Shown one piece after another: positions 24,850 through 38,757 of a DNA stretch of 64,000 nucleotides. This stretch comes from Azolla caroliniana (taxonomy: Eukaryota > Plantae > Polypodiophyta), in contig JBHGNT010000007.1 of assembly GCA_043228905.1 (NCBI GenBank), positions 16,058,001-16,122,000 of the forward strand. The letters are read 5' to 3'. Below the pieces are notes generated by a model. The model was given only the letters and a program-made list of their open reading frames with translations, had not been told where the DNA came from and did not search any database. The first letter of the stretch is position 1. Every line of letters begins with the position of its first letter. Made by a program: the position numbers and the translations under genes.

Positions 24850-27800
24850 AGGGCATTTATTTGGGTTGACCATTACTAAGTATGGCACTACAGTCGCATG
24901 TGGATTAATCTTCATTTTTCTTTTTAAGTTCTGCACATACACTAAATGTGGCTCTCGAATTTCTAGAGCCCGTCTTCCTGTCTCCGGATCGATTGGTGGC
25001 CGTTGAATAGAGCAGATCAGGAAGTGAAATAATTGTCCTTCACGGACAAGCTTCGTCTTTACAATATTTTCTCTGATCTGGTTCTGCTCTGAGGTGACTA
25101 TCCCTGATGAAATGTGGGCCCCTGGAGGAATAACTTTGAGCTTGGCTTCCTCCTCCTCATCTTCTACGAACTCGACGACCTCCGACTCGTTCTCTTCTGG
25201 TTGCTGCCTTTTCTTGTACTTCTTATGTTCTGGTTTGGTCTTCTAGGTAGACTTTGGTGGGGTTGTTGCTTGTGTGACCATCAGCTCTCCCTTAATGTAC
25301 AGGGGCAAAGCAACAATCAAGTTGTTTTTTGTTTGAACATCCTTTTTTAGGGCTTTAGGGTGGCAGGAGTCAGTAATGAAATTACATTCATCGATCATGA
25401 CTCTACGAACCCCCACCAACCTATCAACATCGAAGAAGAGGTTCGATGAGTCGTTGTCTTCATATTCGATGTTTCATACGTAGTCGTATGTGAATGTTTT
25501 TCCGACTTGCAACTTGCCTTCACCTTCAAACTTTGCAAGAATAAGAAGCAGGTCCCCTTCTTCCTCGGTGTAGATCAGTGTCCACTCCACATGGTGGTAG
25601 CTCTTCAGGCGAGGCTCCCCACTCTATTCGCCTAAAGTCTTCGGCATGTTACCAACAAAAGATTTTGAAGTTTCGTCACCTCTTGACTCGATAAGTGTTT
25701 TGTGAGAATCAGCTTTCATCATGGTGTCAGAAGGTCTTTTTGTTGGTGGTAGAATTTTCAGTTTGAAAGACGGCACCTTCTATCGTGGCTCACTGAAAAC
25801 AACAAGTCATGACACAAGGATATAAAAATAATGTTAATAATAAACAATATAGACCTCTTAACTAAGGTAAAAATTAGCGAAAATCATACATTTTTGTATA
25901 GAATGTTACATAAAAAACTTGAATAAATAGACCAAAAAACAGCAAAAAATTTGACCAAATCTGATCTATTGATAATGAAAAGCCCATTTTTCAACGGGAA
26001 CTCGATGTAGTGCATCGAGTTCAACGTGTGTCGAGTTCTCATTGAAAGGGACCCACCTCGATTATGGAAGCAATAGTTGAATAAAACAAAAAAGAATCTT
26101 TAAGGAATCTTTTTGGAATCTAAAATATTGGGTTGGAAAACATACCTGGCAATTTTCTTTCCTTTGTTTATGTTGATCTCGAAGATGTTGACTTGACTGG
26201 GGAGGCGAAAACTCGATGATTTTGATTGCTAAGTGCTCTTTGTGCTCTTGTGCTCTTCTTCTACTTGAAGGTGATAATGAGAAATAGGAGATGAGTTCGC
26301 TTTAAATAGAAGAACGTGATAAAAAATATGTTTTTGGACATGGTGCTTATTATAGAACCAAGCTTGTGCCTATTTTGGACGTTGTTGTTGTTACTTAGCC
26401 TTGAGAGCAGATGTCCTCAAAGTCGAGGGAAAATTCTTTGTTTTCTATTGAGCCAGTTATATTATCTGATAACTCCTTATTCTCAATCGAGGAATATAGC
26501 CATATTAATAATAAAAGGTGCCATGTTAAAACCAACGACGATCAAGAGCAAAACTCAACGTCAATTTTTTCGATAGAGCCATTAAACTTAGGTAAAGCAC
26601 GATATATTAAAGTAGATACAACTCATGTCGAGTCTAGTTTATCGAATGCAGAACGAAGATTGTGTCAATAAGCCTCTGAATTTTCAAAGAGTTCCTCAAC
26701 AAGTGAGTGTTAAACGATATAATTTTTTCTATTCGGATAAAAAAGTTTCAATTGATATATGAAAGGTATGTTGTGGGAGCCTTTGTCTATCAAAATTTGG
26801 AAAGGCAAACTTGTGGGGGTTGCGACAAAAGTATTTGTCTCTCAATGGCGACGAACAAGATACATTATTTTAAAATTTCTTATAGCATCGGGAACATGAG
26901 GCTACAGAGAATTCAACATCGATTACTGAAGGGGTGGTGGGTACCTTTCAACAATACATAATTTTCATGGAAGGGCCTGATTGGGTGACATGTTGTTAGA
27001 TGGTTGGAGATTTATTTCTTAAAGCAATGTGATGTTATGACCACCATTGGAAGGTTACATTTGTCAGATAACTTTACTCGTCATGAGGTATACCAAGCCT
27101 ATAAGGATGACATGTTATTGGAAAGTGTACCTTATATACAATATCGGCATTTTAATCGTTTATGGCAATCAAAGTTTAACAATGTAGTCATACCCCACAA
27201 GGTCCGGATGGGTGTTTGTTCGATCCGCACGAGTATAAAAAGCTTGGCAAAGAGTGGGACAACAGATGAAGAAATAACAAAATATAAGACTTTATTGAGA
27301 GAGCATCGACAAAGCCAAGCGTTGGAAAGATCTAAAGCTATGCACCATCGTTAAAAAGGGCTTCAATTGCCAGAAAGATACATGTGCTTGATTATAGATG
27401 GGATCGATCAAAAGAAAACTTGTTTGCCACATTTTCGAAGGTTGCCCAAGGATATTGGAGATGAATGCCTAGTGCAGATGCACTTAGTAGGTTGTCCTTT
27501 GTATTGTCAGGTAATAAGACCTCAAGTGTTCTTAACTTATCCAAATATCCACAACGATCCCAATCTTACAGTTACAGTTATGCAAAGAGTTCAATAGAGT
27601 TGGCAAGGTGTACTCCCACCAGTACTATACGTGCAAATTGACAACACGGTGAGAGAAAACAAGAACTCAACTATGTTTGGTTACCTGAGCATGTTAGTAG
27701 ACAAGGGTATTTTCAAAAAGATTAAGGTCAACTTCTTGCTAGTTGGTCATACACACGATCACATTGATCAAGTTTTAAGTTCTCCAAGAAATTAGCCAAG

Positions 27801-29300
27801 TGCGATGCTTTCGCACTTCATGTGCTATCAAGGTTGATCCCTGAAGCTTATACCCCAAAGCCAGATGTGCAACATTTAGATGAAGTATATGATTTCAAGC
27901 GCTTTTGTTTGGATGATGATGAGACTGGATGTAGGGTTCTTGCTCCGCCTAATAATATAAGTTTTAACCACGTCTTCCTCATCCAAAAAAGTGTGGTCGG
28001 TCACAACCAAACCATGTTGTATGCCAAACAATACTCATCTAGTTGGCAATGGGAGCCACAAGACGGATGTAGGCTCTTATTGCATTTCCCAAATGCAATA
28101 ATCTGTGGTGCTGAGCAAATGCCCTATGACGACCATAAAAGATTGGTTGTTGGTAGTTCAATTGAAGAGCAAAATATCCATTGGATGCGGTACCTTGAGG
28201 AAAAACAAAAAAATATTGAGCGAACCAAAAAGTACGTTGGTGATCAGGATGTTGATTGGTGGGATGTCTTCTTTAATCATCAACATACAATATTAGATAA
28301 CCACGTTACAGGGTATTGGCCACTACAAAATCAATTCGAATGGGATCTTGGTGGCCCATCAATGACAAGCACGACTCCTTTACAACGACTAGATAATCTT
28401 GAATTGAATAATCTAGTTCGTCCACAACAAAGAGATATTTACATGGGACCAAGATTATCACATGTTGGAGAGGCGAGGTCGCAAGCCAATCTACATGGGC
28501 TACAGGTTGGTATGTTAGTTGCAACATTAGCTATGGGAGATAAGTTGGGTCATCCCTTCTGGATTGCCAAAATCATTGAAATTATTAAGGATGATGGAGG
28601 CAATAAAGTAAAGTCTATTTTGGTTCATTAGTATCATACCTCTTCCAAACATGCATTTACTGGGAAGTACTCTTTAGAGATGGTTAAGGATGTCGAAGGC
28701 ACACGCAGAAAGCGAAGAAGAAAGAATCTACCAAGCACGTCTACTCTAGCACTTGATAATGTCGCCATACTCATGTATGACTTCTCCTTGACCAAAACAA
28801 GCCATGTAAGACAGATTACAATCAGGATAATAAAAGAGAAGATACCAGATGTGCATGTTGACGCAACACAGAGAGAAACAATGAGTATGTCTCATAATCA
28901 TGGTGACGTTGGATTGCAATTGGATGAAGACAATGCATTGGTTGCTAGTGATGATGAGGATGAGCCCTCACAAAGCTCTTCTAGTTCATCGGGTGGGTCT
29001 GAAGGGGAAGGCGTATCTCTGGGAAGTGATGGATCTCATATCTGAAATGTAAATATTGTATGTTACATCAATATGGCGATTCACAAATATGTATAAATAT
29101 ACATGTTAGTCATTTTGTAATTTTGGTACATTCTCTTGTATATTTCACGTGTCAATTATTAGGGGCATTTTTTGAAAGCCCTAAATTTTTGGACATGGTA
29201 TAAATCAATATATTTTGATTCAATTTCCAGAACCCTTTATGTATGCGATGGTCCTTTTTGTGAAATGACCTACTTTGTGCCTTTTTTGGACAGACTGTTC
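24850..29300 (+). mobile_element. Degenerate DDE DNA transposon, Sola1-like (boundaries approximate)
   Basis: Transposase relic plus palindromic AACTCGAT..ATCGAGTT motif at ~25999. TIRs not identified. Confidence 0.6.
26760..29045 (+). pseudogene. DDE transposase pseudogene
   Basis: CLIIDGIDQKK.CLPHF, LPPVLYVQIDNTVRENKN and VNFLLVGHTHDHIDQ, plus an upstream C-x2-(C) region. Several stops and frameshifts. Confidence 0.8.
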
Positions 29301-29895
29301 TTAAATTGTGACATATTACCTGTTTCAAATGACCTCAGGGTGTTATCGTAGTTTTTGAGACAATTAGCATCACAAAGGGCATTGCTAAACATCGGCTACA
29401 ATATATAGTGCAATTAACCAACAAATTGGTTGAGTAACTAACGTAATTAATAGACTTTTCTGCATAGCAACCTAAGGTAACATTGTCACCGTTATGCCTA
29501 ACATATCATGTTGTATGATTAGTTTAATGCTACAAGTCACGAAGTTGTATTTGTATCCTCATTTCTTGTTTTGTAATAGCAAGCAATTTGATACTCTTCT
29601 AGTATTGTGCATTGTCTATTTTATCTACAATAGTTAGTGATCCAATTGTTAACATGAACCATGAAAGCTCTAACAACTATATGTATGACAACTAGTATAT
29701 ATGTTTTGAATACAACACATTCAGAGGACTAGTATAAAGGAGTATCATATACTCTATATATGGCTCAGATGTATATATATGTTTTAATTCCAAACACATG
29801 TATACATCATGATGTGAGCCATTATTCTATTTCAAGAACAACAAATTCTATGAAACGTAGGAGCGCCCCGCAACAAGAGCCTACATTTATGATGA

Positions 29896-30083
29896 CTAAA
29901 GGCTAAAACTTATGAAGTGATAATGAAACATGACACTCACTTCGGAAGATTTGGATGTGTTGAGACTAAAGAATGTGTCTCTCTTGCAATCCCTTGCAAT
30001 GCCTTTGTGACGACTTTCTGATCTTGACACGATAACTTTGATGGAATAACCAGAGTGATTCTTGACAAGGCCATTGGCAACGT
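29896..30083 (-). other. Diverged duplicate of the FRO terminal exon (open, 188 nt), with duplicated 3' UTR below it
   Basis: DVANGLVKNHSG...MFHYHFISFSL* versus DVFDGLVKDHSG...MFHYHSISFSL*. AG at the homologous position. 29750-29895 resembles 30340-30541. Confidence 0.85.
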
Positions 30084-30541
30084 CTTGTTGAAGTGTCCTC
30101 ATTATCGGCACATTACATTGGAATATTAGATATTGGATCTTGTGGGCATTTGGATTAAACTTTATGTGCTTGAAAATTTCAGTACAATTAACACAATTAT
30201 TGAAACAAGCAGTTTTCCTTATTAAAAACCAAACTTTTGGTTTATCGTTTATTATGATGAGGATGGGAATATGTATATGTTTTCACAAGAGGTGAGGATT
30301 AGTATGGAGTAAGATACAAAAAAATATGAGGTTATATATAGTCTGTATATGGCTCACATGTATACATGTGCTTTAATCCAACACGTGTGTACATTGTGAT
30401 GTGGGTCATTATTCTCAGGGAAGAAGAACAAATTGTATAGAAAATAGGAGAGCCCTGGAACAAGAGCCTCCATTTATGATGTCTAAAGCTTATGGGGTGA
30501 TATTAGGATAGCCCTGCAACAAGAGCCTACATTTATAATGG

Positions 30542-33500
30542 CTAAAGGCTAAAGCTTATGGAGTGATAATGAAACATGGCACTCGCTTTTGAAGATTTAG
30601 ATGCGTTGAGACTAAAGGAAGTGCGTCTCTTGCACTCCATTGCAATGCCTTCTTGAAGGCTTTCTGATCCCGACACGAGAACTCCTACGCACTCGCCGGA
30701 GTGATCCTTGACAAGGCCATCGAAGACATCTGCGAATCGCATCCCATAAAAAAAATAGATTAAGTAGGAGAGAAATATAAATGGAGAGAGAGCATAGAAA
30801 CATTACAAGATCTACAAGAGATTGTTGGCGAACCTCTCCAATTTGGACGGGATCGAATGTGGACATCACCAACCCATGATGATTCTCCGGCTCCATATGC
30901 TTCCTGATCGAAAACGTCCGATTCGAATGCCTCGACTGGCGAGGGAGTCGTGCTATTTGTTGTCGGTTGCACGGCAGCGAAACTCTTCCTTTTTTGTGTT
31001 GATTTGAAAATCCACAAGAGAACGACAAATCCACCAAATATGACAATCCCCAGTATCATGGAAGCTACCATTACGTGTGTGCGATTGTAATTGGTGAAGG
31101 TATGGCGATGGTAAGTCTTGATAATGAAGGTGTTAGCTATGCCTGACAGCAAAAAGTATCCCAACATAGATGCAATGGTGATGCAGGCCACCCATTTAGT
31201 GTTCCCTGTTGTGCTTATGTTGGATATAATCCCTTGTGTTGCTACTACGTTAACGAAATCCGGTGGACGCAGCACTGACGGTTGTGATGGAGGATATGCT
31301 ACCCTAAACTGTGATAGGCTAAAATCTTGAGTTTCGGAATCCAATTCCATATCTTCGCCACCGCCGCCACGTCGATAATCTCTCATGTCCTTTGAGGTTA
31401 TGTAAACCTGAACTTTGATGCTCAACCCTAATGTGTCATAACCGGGAAGAATTTGGTTAGGGTATACGCTATCGAGTACATCTAGATCTTCTGGCTTTCT
31501 GATACAGTGATATAGTGTAATGGAGGTTGGAAGTGATGTGGATGTTGTATGGATGCCTTTATATCGATATAAAATGTCGCGAAGAATGGCCATGGCAGGA
31601 GTGATGCCTATACCCCCAGCCACAAGGACGAGCGATTTATACCTGGAAAAAACAAAGCAATCGTTGTCAACGCGCAGAAACAAATAATGCTCAAGCATAA
31701 AAAACATGAATGGACATAATGGAATGACAAATTCTAGGGTTTGTGGCAATGTACTTACTTTAGGTAAAATTCAGACTCATCTCCATAAGGGCCTTCCACT
31801 CTAGCTTTGAAGGAGAAAGGGCAAGAAGCTGAATCCCCTTTCTTGGCGTCGGAGAATTGATCACGCAATGCATTCGTCCATCCGCCAAGCGGCTTGATGA
31901 TGATGGTCAGAGCTTGCTTCTTGTCTAGGAAGGAGGATGCTCCACTGAAGAAGTGCCACTGTAGTCTGGAGATACCAGGAATTTGGATGCACCATGTGGA
32001 GAGAGTATTGTACAATGGGCTTCCTAGTGAACCATTAAAATGCATAAACATCTGTATGAGATCTATTACCTTCATAATACAAATTCCAACAGTAAATTGT
32101 GTTATGATTACATTATATAGATGTTACCTTCCATGCTAATGGGCATGGTAAGCTCAACAACACCATTCTCGAGGAGCTTCACAGAGGAGACTTGAACGAG
32201 ACGTGTCGATTGGACCATGCGAATGAATCGATCAACGAAGAAGAGCAACATGGGGATGACAAAGTAGTGGTAGGTCGAGACGACATGGTAAATCCAAAAG
32301 AGGGAGAATAAGAGATAGAGATGATGTATTCTGAAGAACAGATCGTAGAAACGCCTGCGGACATAGGAGTGCGATGTGATCCACATCACTAGACCTATGA
32401 TCCATGCTATCAATCCGGCCACTACTGACCTTTCTTTCCTTGTCACCCATGTAAAAAACTGACAAGAGAATACAAACATGAATGTTAAGAGCATTATGTG
32501 AGTACATTCTATAGATCGAATGGTCAGAAGCACCTCTAAGATGTATATGTAGTCTAATGATTTATTTGTATAGATTGTTGAACAGTCGGATGCACTGCTA
32601 AGATGTGTATGTACACTAAAATTTATGTGTAGAACGAATTTATCAAAGACTTGCTAAGATGTATATGTACTCTAAGATTTATATGCATCGATCGAATGGT
32701 CGAAGGTCCGCTAACATGTATATGTACAGTAGGCTTTAGATGTGTAGATGGAATTGTCAAAGACTTCCTAAGATGTATATATATGTACTCTAAGATTTAT
32801 ATGTATAGATCGAATATTCGAAGGTCCGCTAAGATGGATGTATATGTTGTACTCTAAAATTTATACGTATAGATTGAATAGTCTGAAGGTCTGCTAAGAT
32901 GTCGCAAGGACTTATTAATGACATTTCAAAACTGTGTCCTCGTTTACGTTTAAGCCCCCTTTACATGTAGGGTTTTAGCTAGGTAAATATTTGAATGGAT
33001 TCGACGGAAATGCGCGACATGTGTATGTACTCTAGATCAAGGTTTATTTTCTCGTGTATGATTGTTTGTTTACATTAGTGCAATGTTGTGATCGACTTAA
33101 GATTAGCTAAGTACCATCAATTCTCACATGAATTCGAGCATCTCGCAGCTCACTTGCACCCCACCTTGAACTCAAGGTGTGGTTAATTAAGTTATCTTAA
33201 CGGTAACACAATTATCATCATAGTTGACACTGAATAGTGGCCAGGCATACCAAGTGGTCTCTATCGGTGTAGCTGTATGCGACAATGTAGCCGACGCTAT
33301 GAATAGTTAGCATGAGCATGGTCGAACCAGCGAGCCAAATGTGATAGCGCACCGCCTGCTCGAAGGGAATGCCGACCAACCGAAGCAATGGAGAGCCTCT
33401 CGACACGGGAATCCACAGTAGTGCAAATGGCAACATGGCCATCCTCCCAAAATTGAAAGACACATTAATGACCTTCTGCCAGTACCTGTGTCATATATAA

Positions 33501-34515
33501 CACGGTAAACAAATATCGTTCCATCAAAGCTCTAGCTTCTGTTGTTTCCATCATGTATGTATATATATATATAGGTTAAATTAATGTACGCGAGATGAGA
33601 GATGTACTTGACGGATGGTGTTCGGTCCGATTTCTCGATGTGATGGAAGGAAAGATCTGTGACTCGGCCGAAGTGGTACACCATTACAAAGAGAATGATA
33701 AGAATTCCCACTGCCTCTGCCCCTGTGATAATGCCCAATGGGCTTCTCTCCACCCAAACCGGATACGTGTTCAGCCGCCATCGGGTCCTCCAACCCGCCG
33801 ATGATCCGTCGCCATCGCCCCCACCAACCTTCTGGAGCTCCGCTGCTTTTGCTTTTATGAACGCGCGGAGCTCCATCACCACAAAGCTTAGCATTGTCGC
33901 CACGATGAATGGCAGCGCGTGGAATATCAATGAAGGCCCTAAGAAACACAAATTCGAACATTCCGAGAAGAAGGTTTAGTATAATTAAGAAGAGATTTAA
34001 TCCACAACTATGATTCGGGATCGAATGATATTATAATCTTCATGTGGGAAAAAAAAACCTTCGCTGCCATCCGTGTTGAAGAAGCGAGAATTCGATATTT
34101 TGTCGCCGATCCAAATGTCGACGTATTTGTGCCTATCTTCGGGATCAGGAGACAAGAGCCACCATCCTATCCAGAATGCGCATGCTGCCATGATCACGGC
34201 TTCGAGGCACCCCTTCGCCACCCTTGCTCGCTTAATCACCCCAATCAGTCTTAACTTCTCGTCCCTAATTGATCCGCCATTACCATCATTCCTCTCATTC
34301 TGAGCTATACCTGCATCAAATTTCCGTTGTAATAAATATATATGGTTACAGTTGCATTAATTGCATTCCAACAAATCAGTAAATGCATTGTCTAATGATT
34401 GGTTCTTGGTTGCATTATCTCATGAAGTGTCCATAAGTGCTAGATTTGTACTCATGTCTTCTTGCATACCAAATGCCATGGATACTTCGGTAATCCCCTC
34501 GTGAATTTCGGCCAT
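30542..34515 (-). CDS. FRO: Ferric reduction oxidase (ferric-chelate reductase), 8 exons, ~818 aa
   Basis: Exons (minus strand): 34515-34470, 34310-34059, 33938-33608, 33485-33251, 32458-32128, 32023-31759, 31642-30834, 30729-30542. All introns GT-AG and phases consistent (2457 nt). Motifs: PVSRGSPLL, heme His pairs YHIW..IH and IHHLY..YH, LQWHFFS, VEGPYG, LVAGGIGITP, C-terminal SISFSL. Exon 1 is less certain. Confidence 0.93.
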
Positions 34516-35430
34516 CGGTACGGTATGGCACAACACGATTATTCGATTAAATGGAATGAGACGTATTTGTGCACCAAGGGATGAAAACTTTAGTAGGGGG
34601 TGGACTTTCTTATATACCCAATAGGAAGGCTAGAAACAACAAATAAGTGATGTTGGTTTTTTTAAGTCAATGGTTAGGGTATGTGCCTACCACATGCCCA
34701 CTAGTAGGCCCTTGTGTATTGCCGGCACAACCATACCACACACATTTGCATGCACAACACACATGAACATCATAGGCATGCACAACACACACAAACATTT
34801 GCTTTTATGTGTATAATTTGCACACTCCATATTAGTCGCCGAGAGTGTAAGGGACCAACCCCATTCTAATGATTTGGTATATATTAGAAGCATAAAGCAA
34901 GAACTCTTTCCATCTTCAATGATTGTCTGAAAAAATGACCGAGTGCCATCTGTTGCTTTCATTCGGTTGATAATTGGTGTTATAGGGGCTTCAAAATCTA
35001 GAATGTGATGTAATACAAATAACAAAATTTTGTGGTCGTAAAAATTCAATACAAGTGGGTTGTTATAGTTATCTGAAAATAATCGAGAAATTTGATTTAA
35101 ATCAGCACGTGTAGGTTGAATTTTAGTTCTTCCATCCAACTTGGCCCTTAAAAGAGTTGAGAAATCAAGTCTAGACTAAGAAAACGTGTTGGGTAATTTT
35201 AGTATTGTTACAAAACTTACAATGAACAACCTTTTATGTATTCACACTTGTCATTTTGACATGCGAGTTTTAAATCTCTATTTTTTTTCCAATAATATTT
35301 CATACTACTAACGGGAAACCTTGAGATCATGAGGTCAAAACTCACAAGCGAATTGTACATGTTGTTATGACACTTAATCTTCTTCAGAAATTTATGCAAA
35401 CTAGTAAAGCTCAACTAAATGACGCCTTAA

Positions 35431-36024
35431 TGTCAAATTCATAGTTTCTCACTAGACATTTCTTGGAAGAAGGGGTAGGAGCCGAGTAGTCGGACTTGGC
35501 CGAATCAATCGGGTAGCAGCAGCCAGGTGCGACTACAGAAATACCTCCGACAACGGCCAGAGAAGAGCCGCCAGCCAGAGATGAACGAACAAAGGAAGCC
35601 CGGTACTAACTGACAACACCGCCATTGGGAACAACAAAACGGCTCAGCAGGAGCCGAACATTTTGCACATTTTTGACGACGCGTAGCCGGCAATTTTTTG
35701 TGGATTCGACCATGCAAGGAACTGCCCCACATGCGTGCCATGTATTGGCTAGTCAAGTCAGCCAAGGTATGAAAGGGCTATTGGGACAAGTGTGGGTTGA
35801 AGCCAAGACAGGTGGGGCTGGACATCAAGCTAAGACGAAAGGAGAAAATGTAACGTATCTATAATAATTAGAGGAAGTAGTAGTAGTGGTTTACGTTCTC
35901 GACGTAACAAGCCATGCTCCCTATAAAAACGGACATGAAGCCTTGTACAAAGTTTATTGGTTGTATTGAGTTAGTTGCCTAATAGTAACTCTATTTGCTT
36001 ATACTCTGTATCTGTGTCCTAACA
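35431..36024 (+). mobile_element. Possible solo LTR
   Basis: GC-richer block with TATAAAA (~35922) ending TAACA. Start and TSD are uncertain. Confidence 0.35.
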
Positions 36025-36339
36025 AAACTGAAATAAACCTCATTTACCCCGACTCTACTTATCCCAACTAACTCTTTTAAACTACCATGTTTTTTTATCA
36101 TTGAGGGTGAAAAAGCAACAATTATACCATGTTTGTTGTAGTAGAGTTATGGAGTACAAATGTTGTCTAATAGAATATTATGAGACCTAAAAACTGAACA
36201 TCAACATTGTCTTGTTGCATATGGTATATGATGTGACACAAACCAAGTACATTCTCCGTTATTTATCTTTATTATGATTTCAATTTATACGAATAATTGA
36301 AAACAATAAAAAGTGAACGATGGGTTTCGAACCCCATAC

Positions 36340-36378
<39 letters not shown>

Positions 36379-37330
36379 AATGCTAGTTTAATAGATTAAA
36401 GTGTATGGTTATTAAGTTAAAGGTTGTACATTCAAAGCTTATTCCGTTATTGTAGATTTGACAAGTGTCATGCTCGTTAAAGGCCATTTTGCCCATCAAC
36501 AACATACGTGTACCCAATAAAAATGTTTGTCAAGTGACATATAAAGTTTAAATTGCCATTTTAATATGAAAGGCCCATAAAAATTATACACATAAAATGA
36601 TATTCTAAAATTTTATTCTTCCATATCATATATATTATATATATGCCACATATACTATTATCAAGTGTGTGTATAATTATATATTATATGTTTTTGTACA
36701 ACATGCTTAAAATAATATCATGTAATGATGCAATATGTTATCAAACCTTTATTCTTTACCAATAATATTAGTTAAATTTTGATTTTAAAATTTACACTAA
36801 CTTTTATTAAATATTTTAAGAGCCTAAAGTCTGGACTCTAGGTTTGATTCTAATGTTTTCAGCTTGAATTTAAAACCAAAATTTACTAAACAAAATTCTT
36901 TTATTAACCTATTTTTTTCATAATTTGCAAGAATGGATTATGATAATCGATCCATATCTTGTTTGTGCTTTGGGGGCTTTAAAAACATTAACACGATATT
37001 TATTTTATGTATTTTATTATCTTTGTGAAGTAGTTGTATTGATTTTTGTATCTTTGCGTACTTTTTATAGTAATCAAACGTATACAACAATGTAGCATTA
37101 TATAGAGGTTTTCATTTATATGTCAAATGACATGTTAGTTTTTGTTTTAAATATATGTCATAGGACATAACATCTTTAAAAATGCTTGTCAAAAAGCTTT
37201 TTATACCAACCCGTCAAATTTGTGCCCTTTAATATATACTAATCTAGAAATAATAACCCTTTAATCATAAGAAAGAGATAGTTAGGCTAATTTGTGAAGA
37301 GTATTTTGTTAAGTGTAGAGTGGGAGAACT

Positions 37331-37828
37331 TAACAATCGGCAACGGTTCGGTTTGAACCGAACCGAACCGCGAAACTGCAGTTTAATGGCTTAACGGTTT
37401 CAACTGTTCGGTTCGGTTCAGGTTTAGGTTTTTATTAATGTTTCGGTTCGGTTTCAACAGTAAAAAACCACGGTTTAAACGGTTTAATGGTTTTTTATTT
37501 TGTATTTTTTAAAAATTTACAAAATTCTAAAATATTTTAAAAATTATTTTTAAACAATCTTTTCATTTTTAGACCTTATTGTCACATTTTAGGAACATCT
37601 TAAATATTTTAAAATTTTTAAAAAATGAAATTTTATAAATTTTTAAAAATTAAAAATTTGACCTATGTTAAAAATTGAAACCGAACCATGAAACCGCGGT
37701 TTTTATGGTTTAATGGTTTAATGGTTTAATGGTTTGAAAAATGTTTGGCGTTTCGGTTTGGTTCAGGTTTCAAAAAAAATTAACGGTTTGGACCCTCTCA
37801 AACCGAACCGAACCGTTGCCGATTGTTA
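37331..37828. mobile_element. MITE, hAT-like
   Basis: TIR TAACAATCGGCAACGGTTCGGTT / AACCGAACCGTTGCCGATTGTTA; AACCG subterminal repeats; degenerate 8-bp flanks GGAGAACT/TAAGAACT. Confidence 0.9.
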
Positions 37829-38616
37829 TAAGAACTCTCAAATTGTATGTAAGAGAAGAGCTAGTTCATTTTTCATATCGATCTTTTACTATGCCTATAG
37901 TGGATAACTCTTAAATCACATAAAAGAGAATGTTTTGCTCAATTTTTTAGGAGTTTTTTCCTAAGCCTATAGAAATACATATTATAGGCTTAGGAAAAAA
38001 AAACATACTGACATATAGGCTTGTGTCTATCTGCTACCAAATCATAAAGAGACTTGGTGAGGGAATAACGACCATGCACGATACTTAGCTAAGGGCACAT
38101 GCAATTTGCACTGTCCAATCTTTATCCAAAAAAAGCACCCATCAAAAAAGCTGAGAGCCTCTATCACCAAGCGTGTGGTTCTGATTGCCTCTATCACCAA
38201 GAGCCCTACCCTTTGAATACATGAGCCCAACCGTCTCAAGAGAGGCACCTGACAGAGGTAGGTGCCCGACTCAAATTCTGACATAATTTATGTAGTGTGG
38301 CATGAAGAGGTCTCATTTTGCATGAAGTGTATAAAATAAAAGTGAAAATAAACTAAAAAGAAACTGAAATAATAACTAAAAGTTTGAATTGATGTAGTGT
38401 GGCATTAAGAGGTCTAATTTTGCATCTTGGTCAATTTTGGGGTTTTCTACATTTTCTTTTTCTTCGACTTTTTCTATTTTAGGGTTTCAACTTTAAGTTG
38501 TTTATTTGATCATGAATTCACACATGATAGATCTTTGCATAAGATGGAACCTTCTAGCATGTGATTTAGACAAATTGGCAATTGATTAATTTGTGATACC
38601 CAAAATAAGTTAACAC

Positions 38617-38757
38617 TTATTCAAGGGGTGTGATACCCATGTTGCTTATCACTCTCTACCTAACCTATATACTAAAGCTTATCATAACAATTATTCAAGG
38701 GTGTGTGATACCCATGTTGCTTATCACTCTCTGCATACCTATATACTAAAGCTTATT
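38617..38757. repeat. ~74-bp tandem duplication
   Basis: ttattcaaggg..tgtgatacccatgttgcttatcactctct..acctatatactaaagcttat occurs twice. Confidence 0.85.

Noticed and set aside
30760-31749. 329-aa ORF as a standalone gene
   Set aside because: It is FRO exon 7 plus intron read-through.
31945-31965. U-to-C RNA editing restoring HPFS in FRO
   Set aside because: Such editing is known in plant organelles, not nuclear spliced genes, and it would need two edits in one codon.
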